A DNA stretch of 64,000 nucleotides, from the IMG/VR virus record IMGVR_UViG_3300008113_000012, positions 44,456 through 108,455 of that record. One strand, given 5' to 3'. The notes beneath the pieces are model-generated. The model was not told the DNA's origin, did not search any database, and saw only the letters and a list, made by a program, of their open reading frames with translations. Positions 31,001 through 37,932 of this stretch are shown here, piece after piece. This DNA is from a virus. Position 1 is the first letter of the stretch. Every line of letters begins with the position of its first letter. A program made the translations under genes and the position numbers.

Positions 31001-32494
31001 AAAATTAGCTATGCTCAAGGATTATTTGTAGCAGTTGCTACAGGTAGTACAGTGTGTGCAACCAGCCAAGATGGTATCAATTGGGTAGAAAGAACAATGC
31101 CTGGCGCATCTTCTAATTGGAGTGGACTAGCATTTGGTAACACTAGCAGCAATCCGTTGTGGGTAGCAGTAACTACAACTTCAGGAACAGTGGCAGCTTC
31201 TCTAAATACTGGAGCAAGAGCACTGGCTCGTATGAGAGTAGTTAACGGTACAATTTTCGAAGTTAGAATGGTTGAACCGGGTAGTGCATATCCAAAAGGA
31301 ACTGTGACTGCTACTACGGCTACTACTAACATTATCAGTGTTGATAACACAGAAAATCTAGTGGCTAATCAACCAGTTATCTTCTCAAGTTGCGACACTG
31401 GCGGGCTAGTAACTGAAAAACTATATTACGTGATTGGTGCTAGTATTGTAACTAATACCAGCTTTCAAGTCAGCCTTGTTGCTGGCAGCGGAACTCCAGT
31501 TGTGCTAGTAACTACTACGGGACTAACTGGCAAGTATAGAGCAGGTGCAATAACTACACAATTTGATCCTAACAAGGTTGTTACAGCAGCATTGAATCCA
31601 AGAGCAGGTGACGGCGCCCTAGCTAATCCAAGTTTTAGCAGTAGAGGTACTGCGTACACTGTTGGTACAACAGTTGCTAACGGTGATGGCTCTGCTAACT
31701 TATATCAACCAAGTACATTTATTGCAGTCAGAAACTTATATGCAGTTCCTCAAGCAGGATCAAACGTGGTGTTTGGATCAATTCCAGGTGTATGGTATAA
31801 GCTAGTAGCTGTTACTAATGTGCTCGGTGATCCAGGTGACTATACCGGTACATTCCAGATTAGTCCTGCAATCAGTGTGCTACAAGCACCTATTGACGGA
31901 GACAGTATAACTACTACAATCAAGTACAGTCAAGTTCGTTTAACTGGACACGATTTCTTGTATATAGGTACTGGTAATCAAGCAGACACTAACTACCCAT
32001 TTGTTAATCCAGCAAACGCTGATATTAACAAGCAAACAGTTGCTAGTGGTGGCGGACGAGTGTTCTTTACATCAACTGACCAAGACGGTAACTTTAACGT
32101 TGGCGGATTGTTTGGAGTACAACAGTCAACTGGTACTGCTACACTAAACGCTGATGCGTTTAACTTGTCAGGATTGCAGAGCTTGCAGTTAGGATCGTTA
32201 AATATTGGTACAGGAAGTGCAATTATTAATCAGTTTAGTACAGACCCGTTCTTTACTGCTGATAGCGATAACATTGTTCCTACACAAAGGGCAATTAAAG
32301 CATATATTACAGCACAAATTGGTGGCGGTCAGAGCTCATTAAACGTAAATACACTAACGGCAGGTGTTGTGTATATTGCGAATAACTCAATCTCAACTAC
32401 ATCAGGCGGACAGTTAAATATAAAGTCAAAGATGAATTTCACAGGTGGTATTGACGGGGCACCCGTTGCACTTGGATTCTTCTTCCAAAGATAA
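22073..32494 (+). CDS. Giant virion protein B2 (3473 aa), paralog of B1, with tandem phycobiliprotein-like helical repeats
   Basis: MAEFKLGRIRFVWKG vs B1 MAAEFKIGRLRYTWKG; shared GGRIRATNGNSSYG, YSQVRLT.HD and STDQDGNF; eight C/x-x-R/x-D-x-G...YD...G.N repeats. Confidence 0.8.
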   Translation: MAEFKLGRIRFVWKGQWTVGTPYLIDDVVSNGGKSYICVVNHTASSLFDTDLDFTPTKWNIVADGTQWNGDWASGTYYNPGAVVKYGAVVYICATGHTSATYIAPTYLGLEDDLEKWEVFATSFEWKSNWATSTRYKLNDFVVYGGTTYVCTEGHVSAATATLGLEDDSDKWDIFNQGVTYLGDWNDASIRYKENDVVKYGANLWICVDYHTSEDPFDETKWDIFVNGFEFESSWNNSTEYQQGDVVTYGGYSYIAKTININKQPTSNLADWSVYTTGFSFTGEWDVATNYKIGSVIRYGAYTYVSKVDNLGQTPTNTTYWDLLNNGFRWTSTPETYLAVASVGATGLGQGAKFDVTRSNTVYTVTIASGFPGTDYAVGDKVKILGSLVGGTTQANDITLTVTGITGGGSTGPLSTFTWTGAAISWAVDVSYLLGDIVSFSANSYICIDPHLSSLLNRPDADTVGDYWNLLTAGAEYNVLLETGDLVYYGANGPTRLPVGINGQVLRSQDGFPIWANYGLINNLVYVGPLGRDVAYPAAGATIDQPWKTVKFATKQIEEGYLYPNARTLLAKNKQFIMKEITNWVIYTYTVDITESTALTDVFTCASTANLTANMPIEFSGTLGGVTAGQKYYVKTVVSSTTFTISEALGGTLKQLTDATGSMTGTLSYDSDFCERDVGLIVEALKHDIAHGGNSKITLAAKAYYTPAGNAYINSNFGTQKIQTIAAYNYLTTLVVNVLNNEPWRNYQAFNGITNGITQVVDESLPVEAGVTTTVGALMSIITTGINVGNATAIPAPIYPNTTISVKTGTFAEVLPMVISPFTAVVGDELRSTVIQPALANDLLVNDKPKATSALTRISNIVSDVIQNVEITPTSGNTETQLYVGGYAGNSTTTTAVGTKTAIVSAILSGGLGSVPSTVLIDPTGYDAGFENARRLIVLNKAFLQAEIAAYMTVNYNTLWNTTLTAPQRAAWSTEVGYLVDALAYDLTYGGNLESIVTARLYYPSGVFAAHLGVKAAAIAIYSRLVAIINFIAVGDNSPSSWTKSVGNALNQDDSLPHGSVNAGVFAEDRVQEIYTSIDTEDLPLTVEPSITWVTGGLVDAKNAIQSLKAGIQAGAIEYINTNYPTLVYDTAAHAIDVGYLVDAVAYDIMFGANFRSIRVGMLYFRGTASTELSVSTDLPELLDTVTYVDIAIKQITNGQVGSVGSELAVSRAIASADVIYDIVASGLGAVPSLVLPDPVGYDINYSRARAQIVQNYAFIKAEIAAFLNLNYNAVWVSLGATGQAGCARDIGYILDGVRYDITYGGNTQSLIVGSAYYSNYDSTIDLGEIAATVAAYARIKTIIGQIAQAQAVTITPGNAVSQVGVGVSGGNAASATFAQDRVQDVIDWINNGDANATIAPDTTWATSAIETAFAALQDKKTEIVADVTWWVYKNYQDVNFNEELCARDTGYMVDAISYDVAFGSNFAAITAGRALQRATVSATVVTTTQRQAELGAINFLKYKAKTVAATGAVAQTKAIISDVIATINGGSIPRLQWNNPSTITSAYAAATVLLRDNKAFIQAEITAWIDVQIGLGTSGFVGLEFSRAACERDVGLIVEALVYDLTYGYGVGNIGKIATLIAGKAYYSALTGALEIDSGDTTATVAAYNRLKSVAQSVVQDNAVTPSAGNTVSQVRAASGQTVGSGATATSVGTLVDVITNIITNGLTTGVPTITITAVAGGTTFTSGTHNLAVGDVVIPQATGNGLVSGTRYYVASTPLGTTFTLAAYQGGAAITTFTNGTGLTILAEINNLPSTSWVIAGLVTQRNNLQATKATIKNQITAYIETNFPTLSYDSATCERDIGLIIDYIAYDMMFDSNYLTITSARSYFRAQAELVLGGQKEATVASFRYLKTLLLTAVDGDTTATRRLKVLMDIIIDTMVNGTGSTAEVVGTVTYKNDVGMFTGAEVLRLNKNFLAEEATAWIKQNFSGTVTSVTASSDLYTSSAAHNLKVGDPVVFSGTAIAGSGITVGTTYFVLTTPSATTLTITNAQNGTTPVNVTADGTGSMIVRYSFDEVLFAKDIEEYIEGIVYDLGYTGNYKTLRVAELYNNTVSGSQTANMFYVSNGTGLRNCTLAGLSGTLTESNDFGTKRPTAGAYVALNPGFGPNDSNVWVQQRSHYSQNVTMFGVGCSGAKIDGAIHAGGNRSMVKNDFTTIISDGFGVWCTGANSLTELVSVFNYYGYAGYMAELGGRIRATNGNSSYGSFGVIAEGTDTYEQPIFAVVDNAGQQAVITETVVNSIAGTVSRLEFSNAGTNYTNVDIGVSGDGINATAIGDEFRDGAIFETRIIDLDDGQGFGGTNYINAINAAQSGDTASITIANSDVALSTAYPSMRIQITGGSGIGQYANILTYNNGTKVAQVIKDSFTALTVTTTTITNNLLTVASTATITPGQQIYLGGTANGVTANVLYYVRTANFSATQFSVSLTGAAGTAVTISANGAVSIPLYAAGWDHVIPGTTIVAGLDLTSSYIIEPRISYTAPGYTATSRTIPSAAYKAVAYGTGRYVAVGSSGTTTAYSLNGKAWTAGGALGASASWTDIVFGGGQGAVATAQVGGLGGAGAVLSVTMGAVNSVGDPGIDQVVSVQIVDGGYNYTTPPSIIFTGTGLGAAATCTVLNGKIDSVTIVTNGSGYTVAPTATAVSSRITKMDISTWGRGYTAAPSVSLTAPFTATAWTSGGAATAGTYYSYVNTVGLDNITNFYLAGASGTFSAAAPTFQTGTGASGIYGVALTYVGTQARGTAVLSNTGVSSITINDPGFGYTTTPTITIIDPLAKFVAIATGSTTSSYLPASSAVGAAWIAGGALPTSTMVSLAYGNGFYVTVGGTSSASSSTTGTSWVPRTLPTLGAGTYSSVAYGNGYFVAISTGSNATAVSSSGTTWAAGGNLPSSTTWTSVAYGNGRFVAIANGPSRTVAYSINNGTTWAAASPGLPSSQAWSKISYAQGLFVAVATGSTVCATSQDGINWVERTMPGASSNWSGLAFGNTSSNPLWVAVTTTSGTVAASLNTGARALARMRVVNGTIFEVRMVEPGSAYPKGTVTATTATTNIISVDNTENLVANQPVIFSSCDTGGLVTEKLYYVIGASIVTNTSFQVSLVAGSGTPVVLVTTTGLTGKYRAGAITTQFDPNKVVTAALNPRAGDGALANPSFSSRGTAYTVGTTVANGDGSANLYQPSTFIAVRNLYAVPQAGSNVVFGSIPGVWYKLVAVTNVLGDPGDYTGTFQISPAISVLQAPIDGDSITTTIKYSQVRLTGHDFLYIGTGNQADTNYPFVNPANADINKQTVASGGGRVFFTSTDQDGNFNVGGLFGVQQSTGTATLNADAFNLSGLQSLQLGSLNIGTGSAIINQFSTDPFFTADSDNIVPTQRAIKAYITAQIGGGQSSLNVNTLTAGVVYIANNSISTTSGGQLNIKSKMNFTGGIDGAPVALGFFFQR

Positions 32495-32509
32495 TTCGGA
32501 GAAATAAAA

Positions 32510-32836
32510 ATGGCATCAGGAAGATTAGGAAACGTAGCAATTTTAGCGGTACAAAGTCCGCCACAAACAGTGTATACTACTCCAACAGGATTTTACACAG
32601 TATGTAATGTGACTATTGTCAATAGAAATACCACTGCTGTGAGAATTCGATTGGCAATGGCGTCGGCAGGCACACCAACTGTGCAGGAGTGGATAGAATA
32701 CGATACAATTATCATCCCAAACGGTGTATTTGAGCGTACTGGACTTGTACTACAAGCCGGACTAAATATAGTAGTATATTCGGACACAGCCAACTTAGGT
32801 TGCACAGTGTACGGAATTGAAACTTCAACAACCTAA
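32510..32836 (+). CDS. Small structural/adaptor protein (paralog family, copy 3)
   Basis: GGAG RBS; 108 aa, similar to copies 1 and 2. Confidence 0.65.
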   Translation: MASGRLGNVAILAVQSPPQTVYTTPTGFYTVCNVTIVNRNTTAVRIRLAMASAGTPTVQEWIEYDTIIIPNGVFERTGLVLQAGLNIVVYSDTANLGCTVYGIETSTT

Positions 32837-32852
32837 TTAGTAGAGATAACAG

Positions 32853-33548
32853 ATGGCACGTTTTAATAGTAAACAATCGATTATATCAGTAACCGGCACA
32901 ACTACGTTAACCTACGTTCTTGACGGGGCAGCAATAGTGATGACAGGAAGTTCTGGTTATGCGTTAACCTTAGCAGGTCCTGCCGCGTTTTCAGGCACAA
33001 CACAAACTATCTGGAACAACACTGCCAGCGGCGATGTTACTATAACTACCGCATCCGGCCAATTTGTCGGATACGGAGCAAGTGCTTCATTATCAATAAC
33101 ACTGCCGTTGAATAATGTTATTAGAATAATTTCAGACGGTACAAATTATTTTATTGCTAAAAGTTCATATGTTGACGACATACAGACATTAAAAACTACC
33201 TTTAACTTGGCTAACGCAACTGCTACTACTATTAACTTTGGTGGCGCAGCAACTTCTGTTCGTATTGGTGCAAGCACTGGTACTTCAGTTGTTAAAAATC
33301 AATTGATTGTTGTAGGAAGACAAACAAACATAACTGCTACAAGAGCATCGGGCGATTACACGTATGACGGTACTGGCAAGATAACTAATTTTGTATTTGG
33401 TAACAAAACAACCAGTGCTATTACCTATGACGGACTGGGTAGAATTAGCGGATTTACAGAAACAATCGTAGACGCAAATGGTAGTGGTACATATACTGTA
33501 ACAAGAACTGTTACATATACTGCTCGTAATGATCCTATCATAGCTTAA
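32853..33548 (+). CDS. Putative tail-fibre protein with C-terminal YD-like repeats
   Basis: IISDGTNYF fibre motif; YTYDGTGKIT and ITYDGLGRIS repeats. Confidence 0.55.
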   Translation: MARFNSKQSIISVTGTTTLTYVLDGAAIVMTGSSGYALTLAGPAAFSGTTQTIWNNTASGDVTITTASGQFVGYGASASLSITLPLNNVIRIISDGTNYFIAKSSYVDDIQTLKTTFNLANATATTINFGGAATSVRIGASTGTSVVKNQLIVVGRQTNITATRASGDYTYDGTGKITNFVFGNKTTSAITYDGLGRISGFTETIVDANGSGTYTVTRTVTYTARNDPIIA

Positions 33549-33567
33549 TGAATAAAGAGGAAGATAA

Positions 33568-34470
33568 ATGGATGTCTTAACAAATAATCGAATACAAGTT
33601 GCAAACTGTAATATTGCAGGACTAACAACGTGTATAGGAAATACAAATACATGTGTAGGTAACGTACTTACATGTGTACAAGGTACTAACACCAGTCTTA
33701 GTAATACTAACACCTGTGTTGGTAACGTGCTAGGTTGCGTACAAAGTGCTAACAGTAATATTGGCGGATTGCAAACATGTATTCAAAATACCAACACTTG
33801 CAATAGTAATCAGCAAACATGTTTAACTAACATTTGGACCTGCGCCAACTCTCTGTGCGCATGTTTAGCAGGTAAATCAACAGGTACACTAGGCTACGAA
33901 CTAATTTCTGGTTGCTCTGGTAACTATGGTTGTATGTGTGTTGCAAGGCCAGGCAAATTCCAGCACTATGTAATTATGGGATCAGCATGTTGCTGGACAC
34001 ATTATTGCTCGCACATGACTATTGGATTTTACGGAGCCTGCAGTCAAGGCTGTTCAGCTAATAACGCAGGTAGTTGGTGCTGTAATCAGTGCTCATGCGG
34101 TATTATTTACAATTCAAAATGTAACAACGGTTCATATCAATACGGTTGTGCAGGAAACTTAGCATGGATTTTTGGATGTACTGGCGGATGTTATACTGCC
34201 TGTTCAGGCTGTAACTTTACATGGGTTATGGAAGTGATGCCTAATAATATTTGTGCATATGATAGAGCATTTAGATACCACATGAAAAGATCACAAGGCG
34301 GCGGGAACTATATGTGCTGTACTGGTATTGAAAATGCAGGACATTCACAGAACTGTTGCGGTGCTGACCCAACTTGTATGCAATACATATGCTTCTCTAA
34401 CCCAAGTGCTGTATGTTCTTTGGGATGTGCAAATATTGCTATATTTGGTGTACATCGTCTTGCTTGTTAA
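33568..34470 (+). CDS. Cysteine-rich protein (40 Cys/300 aa), putative fibre tip
   Basis: GAGG RBS; N-terminal heptad Cys repeats; C-terminal ...I.F.......G..IAIFGV pattern. Confidence 0.7.
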   Translation: MDVLTNNRIQVANCNIAGLTTCIGNTNTCVGNVLTCVQGTNTSLSNTNTCVGNVLGCVQSANSNIGGLQTCIQNTNTCNSNQQTCLTNIWTCANSLCACLAGKSTGTLGYELISGCSGNYGCMCVARPGKFQHYVIMGSACCWTHYCSHMTIGFYGACSQGCSANNAGSWCCNQCSCGIIYNSKCNNGSYQYGCAGNLAWIFGCTGGCYTACSGCNFTWVMEVMPNNICAYDRAFRYHMKRSQGGGNYMCCTGIENAGHSQNCCGADPTCMQYICFSNPSAVCSLGCANIAIFGVHRLAC

Positions 34471-34488
34471 TTAATATCGGAAATTAAA

Positions 34489-34962
34489 ATGGATAAATCA
34501 GAATTTTATAAACTTTGGCACACTAGGCAAGAAGGTGCCGTGCTTAACGAGTACGGGTTCCCTCCAGTGTTATGGCTAGCACAACCAATAACAACTGAAG
34601 AACAATGGACTGATTTTCTCAATCTAGAAATGGAGCCAGTAGAGTTTGCAAAGTTAGATAAAGATGCTGCTGACATGCTTGGAATACCGTTTGTTCTTCC
34701 TCACGTGTTAGTAAGAAAATATCCTGAACCAACAGATCAACTTGACGGGATTTACAAAGCATTATTAGCAATTAAAGAATCTGGAATTGATATAGGCACA
34801 GCTGGAACTGAATATTTAGATAGCATAACTGCTGTTAAAACGTCAGTTCCTAAAACTTATGCACTTCCAGAGGCACCAGATCCTACTATGGGGGTTGAAA
34901 CTGAAGTACTTCCAGAAGAGACTTTACCAGAATTTCCACCGGACTATGAGCCACCAGCATAA
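34489..34962 (+). CDS. Putative tail-fibre assembly chaperone-like protein
   Basis: R.YP...DQLD.IYK...ITAVK...PK pattern seen in small ORFs that follow phage fibres. Confidence 0.5.
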   Translation: MDKSEFYKLWHTRQEGAVLNEYGFPPVLWLAQPITTEEQWTDFLNLEMEPVEFAKLDKDAADMLGIPFVLPHVLVRKYPEPTDQLDGIYKALLAIKESGIDIGTAGTEYLDSITAVKTSVPKTYALPEAPDPTMGVETEVLPEETLPEFPPDYEPPA

Positions 34963-34987
34963 TATCACAATTATATTAGACTAATTT

Positions 34988-35027
34988 GTACCCACATAAA
35001 TAGAAGCAAGAACTATTATGTGGGTAC
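34988..35027 (+). promoter_or_regulatory. 12-bp perfect inverted repeat overlapping a late promoter core (TAAATA 34997-35002)
   Basis: gtacccacataa ... ttatgtgggtac, ending just before ATG 35031. Confidence 0.7.
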
Positions 35028-35030
35028 TTT

Positions 35031-36119
35031 ATGAATAAACCAACCAAAAAAGCATTTGTTATAAACGGAGGAGTCGGCCGCGTTCTTTGCGCTATTCCTG
35101 CATTAGAACACTATGCAAAGCTAAACAATAATGAATTAATTGTTGTAGCAGAAGCCTGGTCAGAGTTATTTCTATCAAGTAAAATTTTAAGAGACAAAGT
35201 TTATCTATTAACTGATAAAAATCTTTTTAATATTTTAAAAGATTACGAAATTATTTCTCCCGAACCGTATCGACTTAACGCATACTTTACTCAGAAAGTA
35301 AATTTAATACAAGCATTTGACATGCTAATTAATTACGATACTCCTCCTGAAAAAATTCCTGAAACTAAAAAATTCGATTTAGACATTGGAAAGTCAGATC
35401 AAATATTCGGATATACTTCAGTAGAAGAAGTAAAGAAATTATACAAAAAAGACAAAGTTATTGTATTTCAGCCTTTTGGTAGCGGAATAAAACAAAATGG
35501 ATCATTTCTATATGATGAAACTGGCAGGTCATTTGAGCCAAATGACGTTTACCAAATAATTAAAGAATTATCTAAAAATTATGCTATAATAATGTTTAGT
35601 AATTTTAATCCCTTTCCTGAAGGAGAACTTCCAGTAGTTGTACCTACTACTGTAAATCTTTTGCAATGGATGGGAGTTGTTAATGCAGCAGACTATTTTC
35701 TAGGTTGTGACTCAGTGGGACAACATTATGCCAATGCGCTAAACAAACCATCAACTGTTGTTATTGGATCTACTTATCCAGAGAATATTTCATATCCAGA
35801 TAATTCAAGATTTAAAATATTTGATCTAGGTAAAGATAGACGAAAGTATTCTCCTCTTAGAATAACTAATGATTTTGCAGTAGAACGCAATAATGAATCT
35901 TTAATGGTTTTAGATAAAGATCAGTTAAAATCAATTATTAAAAGTATTCAACATGTACTAGGTACAAAAAATAATTTTGTAGCAACACCGGAAACTAACA
36001 TATCTATACCTAATAATGCCTGCTGCCCGCCAAATACTCCAGAGTTCATGAAACCATCATTGCCAGCAACACCGGCACCATTAATAACAAATAATACACT
36101 AACTGAAATAAAAAAATAA
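35031..36119 (+). CDS. Glycosyltransferase family 9-like (heptosyltransferase-like, GT-B fold)
   Basis: GGVGRVLCAIPAL N-terminal motif; QPFGSG; FLGCDSVGQHYANALNKPSTVVIGST matches the GT9 DS..H.A.A...P....G.T signature. Confidence 0.75.
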   Translation: MNKPTKKAFVINGGVGRVLCAIPALEHYAKLNNNELIVVAEAWSELFLSSKILRDKVYLLTDKNLFNILKDYEIISPEPYRLNAYFTQKVNLIQAFDMLINYDTPPEKIPETKKFDLDIGKSDQIFGYTSVEEVKKLYKKDKVIVFQPFGSGIKQNGSFLYDETGRSFEPNDVYQIIKELSKNYAIIMFSNFNPFPEGELPVVVPTTVNLLQWMGVVNAADYFLGCDSVGQHYANALNKPSTVVIGSTYPENISYPDNSRFKIFDLGKDRRKYSPLRITNDFAVERNNESLMVLDKDQLKSIIKSIQHVLGTKNNFVATPETNISIPNNACCPPNTPEFMKPSLPATPAPLITNNTLTEIKK

Positions 36120-36129
36120 AGGAAGTACA

Positions 36130-37932
36130 ATGAATCAAACAAAAACAGGTTATATTTTAGGTATTTCTCGAGGACACAATGCTGGTGTTTGTCTTTTGAA
36201 AGACGGCGAAATAGTGTTCAGTATCGAGGAAGAAAGACTTAGTAGATTTAAGTATGACGGAAGTCCTCTAGCTAGTATGAGGAAAGTTTTAGATTATACT
36301 GATAAAATTGACTACTTAGTAGTTGCACATACTCAGCCACTTAAAGGATGTCCGCAAATTGAATATTCAGGCGACGATATGTATACCGGCATGGCAAGAA
36401 AGTTAGGATTAATCGACAGAAAAGAAAATATTTGGAATCATCCTCAAGTAATTGATGTAAGTAATCAACATCATAAAATTCATGCAGCTTGTGCATTTTA
36501 TAATTCAGGATTTAAAAATGCAGTTGCAGTAGTAGTTGACGGCGCTGGCTCTGAATTTACATATAAAGGTAAAGAAAAAGAACACGCTTTATGGGAAGTA
36601 GAATCAATTTTTAACTGTTCTTACGATACTGGAATAACTACAAAATTTAAACATTTCGGTTGTAGAGACCCTATTCCAAATTCATATAGCACTACTATGA
36701 ATTTTGAGTATTTTGATGAGCCTGAGTCTCAATTTGAATGCATTATTACTGACCATGCAGGCATAGTAAAATGTTATGAAGCAGTTACAGAATATTGCGG
36801 ATTCGATGCTATCGAAGCAGGAAAGACTATGGGATTATTCCCTTACGGTAAACCAATCGATAACTTGCCTCCCTTGTTTCAGCAAGATATGAAATTTCCA
36901 ATTTCTAATAGAAACATTGTTATTCCTACATATCCAAATAGTGCAATACTCAACTCTGCAATGTACGGAGCTTTAGAACAATGGTTTTCTGAAGGAGTTG
37001 ATCCTACTACACTAGATAATAGAAGAGATGCTGCATATTGGGTTCAAACTCAAACTCAACAAGCAGTTCTTAATTTTATTATTAAAGCTGCTACACAGAC
37101 TGGAAATAACAACGTTGTTCTTAGTGGAGGTTACGGTTTAAATTGTGTTGCTAACTATTTTTATCTTACTAAATTAAATGAATTAGGTATTAATTTATAT
37201 GTTGAACCCGTATCAAATGATAGCGGAACCGCAGTTGGAGCAGCATTATTCTGGTACTATATTTCATCGGGTGATACTGCTCTTAGAAATAAAGCTAATA
37301 CATTATATCTTGGACCTCATTATAATTACACCGCAGAATATATTACAAATGCAGCAGCAAAAGTTGAAGCTGAGATTACAGATTGCACAGAAGACGATAT
37401 TGTAGATTTATTATCTCGCAAACACATTGTAGCCATGTTTCAAGGTCGCAGTGAAAATGGTCCTCGTGCATTAGGAAATCGTTCAATTTTATTCGATCCA
37501 AGATATAAAGACGGAAAGGCATATGTAAATCGTGTTAAAAATAGAGAATATTTTAGACCTTTTGCAGGTAGCATTTTAGCAGAACATGCACACGAATGGT
37601 TTGATTTGCGAGGTATGGAAGATAGTCCGCATATGATGTATGCTGTAAACTGTCAAGAAGGTGTAGCTGAAAAAATACCATCAGTTATTCATGAAGACGG
37701 AACTTGCAGAATTCAAACAGTAACAAAAGAGAATAACGAAAATTTTTATGCGCTAATTAATGCTTTCTACAAAAAAACTGGCATGCCAATTTTGTTTAAT
37801 ACAAGTTTCAACTTAGGCGGAGAACCTTTAGTAGAAACTCTTGAAGATGCATTATGGACTCTAGAAAATTCGTTAATTGAATACTTATACTTGCCTGAAT
37901 GCAAAAAACTTATTATATTAAAAAATGGCTAA
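36130..37932 (+). CDS. Carbamoyltransferase, NodU/CmcH/TobZ family
   Basis: EEERLSRFK, HH..HA, VVDGAG, GKTMGL, LSGG..LNCVAN, GPRALGNRSIL, KNRE.FRPFA, H.DGTCRIQTV, NTSFN..GEPLVE. Confidence 0.93.
   Translation: MNQTKTGYILGISRGHNAGVCLLKDGEIVFSIEEERLSRFKYDGSPLASMRKVLDYTDKIDYLVVAHTQPLKGCPQIEYSGDDMYTGMARKLGLIDRKENIWNHPQVIDVSNQHHKIHAACAFYNSGFKNAVAVVVDGAGSEFTYKGKEKEHALWEVESIFNCSYDTGITTKFKHFGCRDPIPNSYSTTMNFEYFDEPESQFECIITDHAGIVKCYEAVTEYCGFDAIEAGKTMGLFPYGKPIDNLPPLFQQDMKFPISNRNIVIPTYPNSAILNSAMYGALEQWFSEGVDPTTLDNRRDAAYWVQTQTQQAVLNFIIKAATQTGNNNVVLSGGYGLNCVANYFYLTKLNELGINLYVEPVSNDSGTAVGAALFWYYISSGDTALRNKANTLYLGPHYNYTAEYITNAAAKVEAEITDCTEDDIVDLLSRKHIVAMFQGRSENGPRALGNRSILFDPRYKDGKAYVNRVKNREYFRPFAGSILAEHAHEWFDLRGMEDSPHMMYAVNCQEGVAEKIPSVIHEDGTCRIQTVTKENNENFYALINAFYKKTGMPILFNTSFNLGGEPLVETLEDALWTLENSLIEYLYLPECKKLIILKNG

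Noticed and set aside
4016-31659. Many 60-170 aa minus-strand ORFs inside the giant genes
   Set aside because: Shadow ORFs of Thr/Gly/Asn-rich coding sequence; no RBS, promoter or recognisable motifs
33360-33548. Rhs/YD toxin
   Set aside because: Only 2-3 YD-like units; no Rhs core, DPxG motif or toxin/immunity pair
33285-33713. 142-aa Cys-rich minus-strand ORF
   Set aside because: Antisense to two plus-strand genes with good RBSs; its composition is explained by the complementary codons
3888-34470. Diversity-generating retroelement or invertible fibre cassette
   Set aside because: No reverse transcriptase or invertase in the window; the repeats seen are in-frame coding repeats, with no adenine-specific template/variable pair
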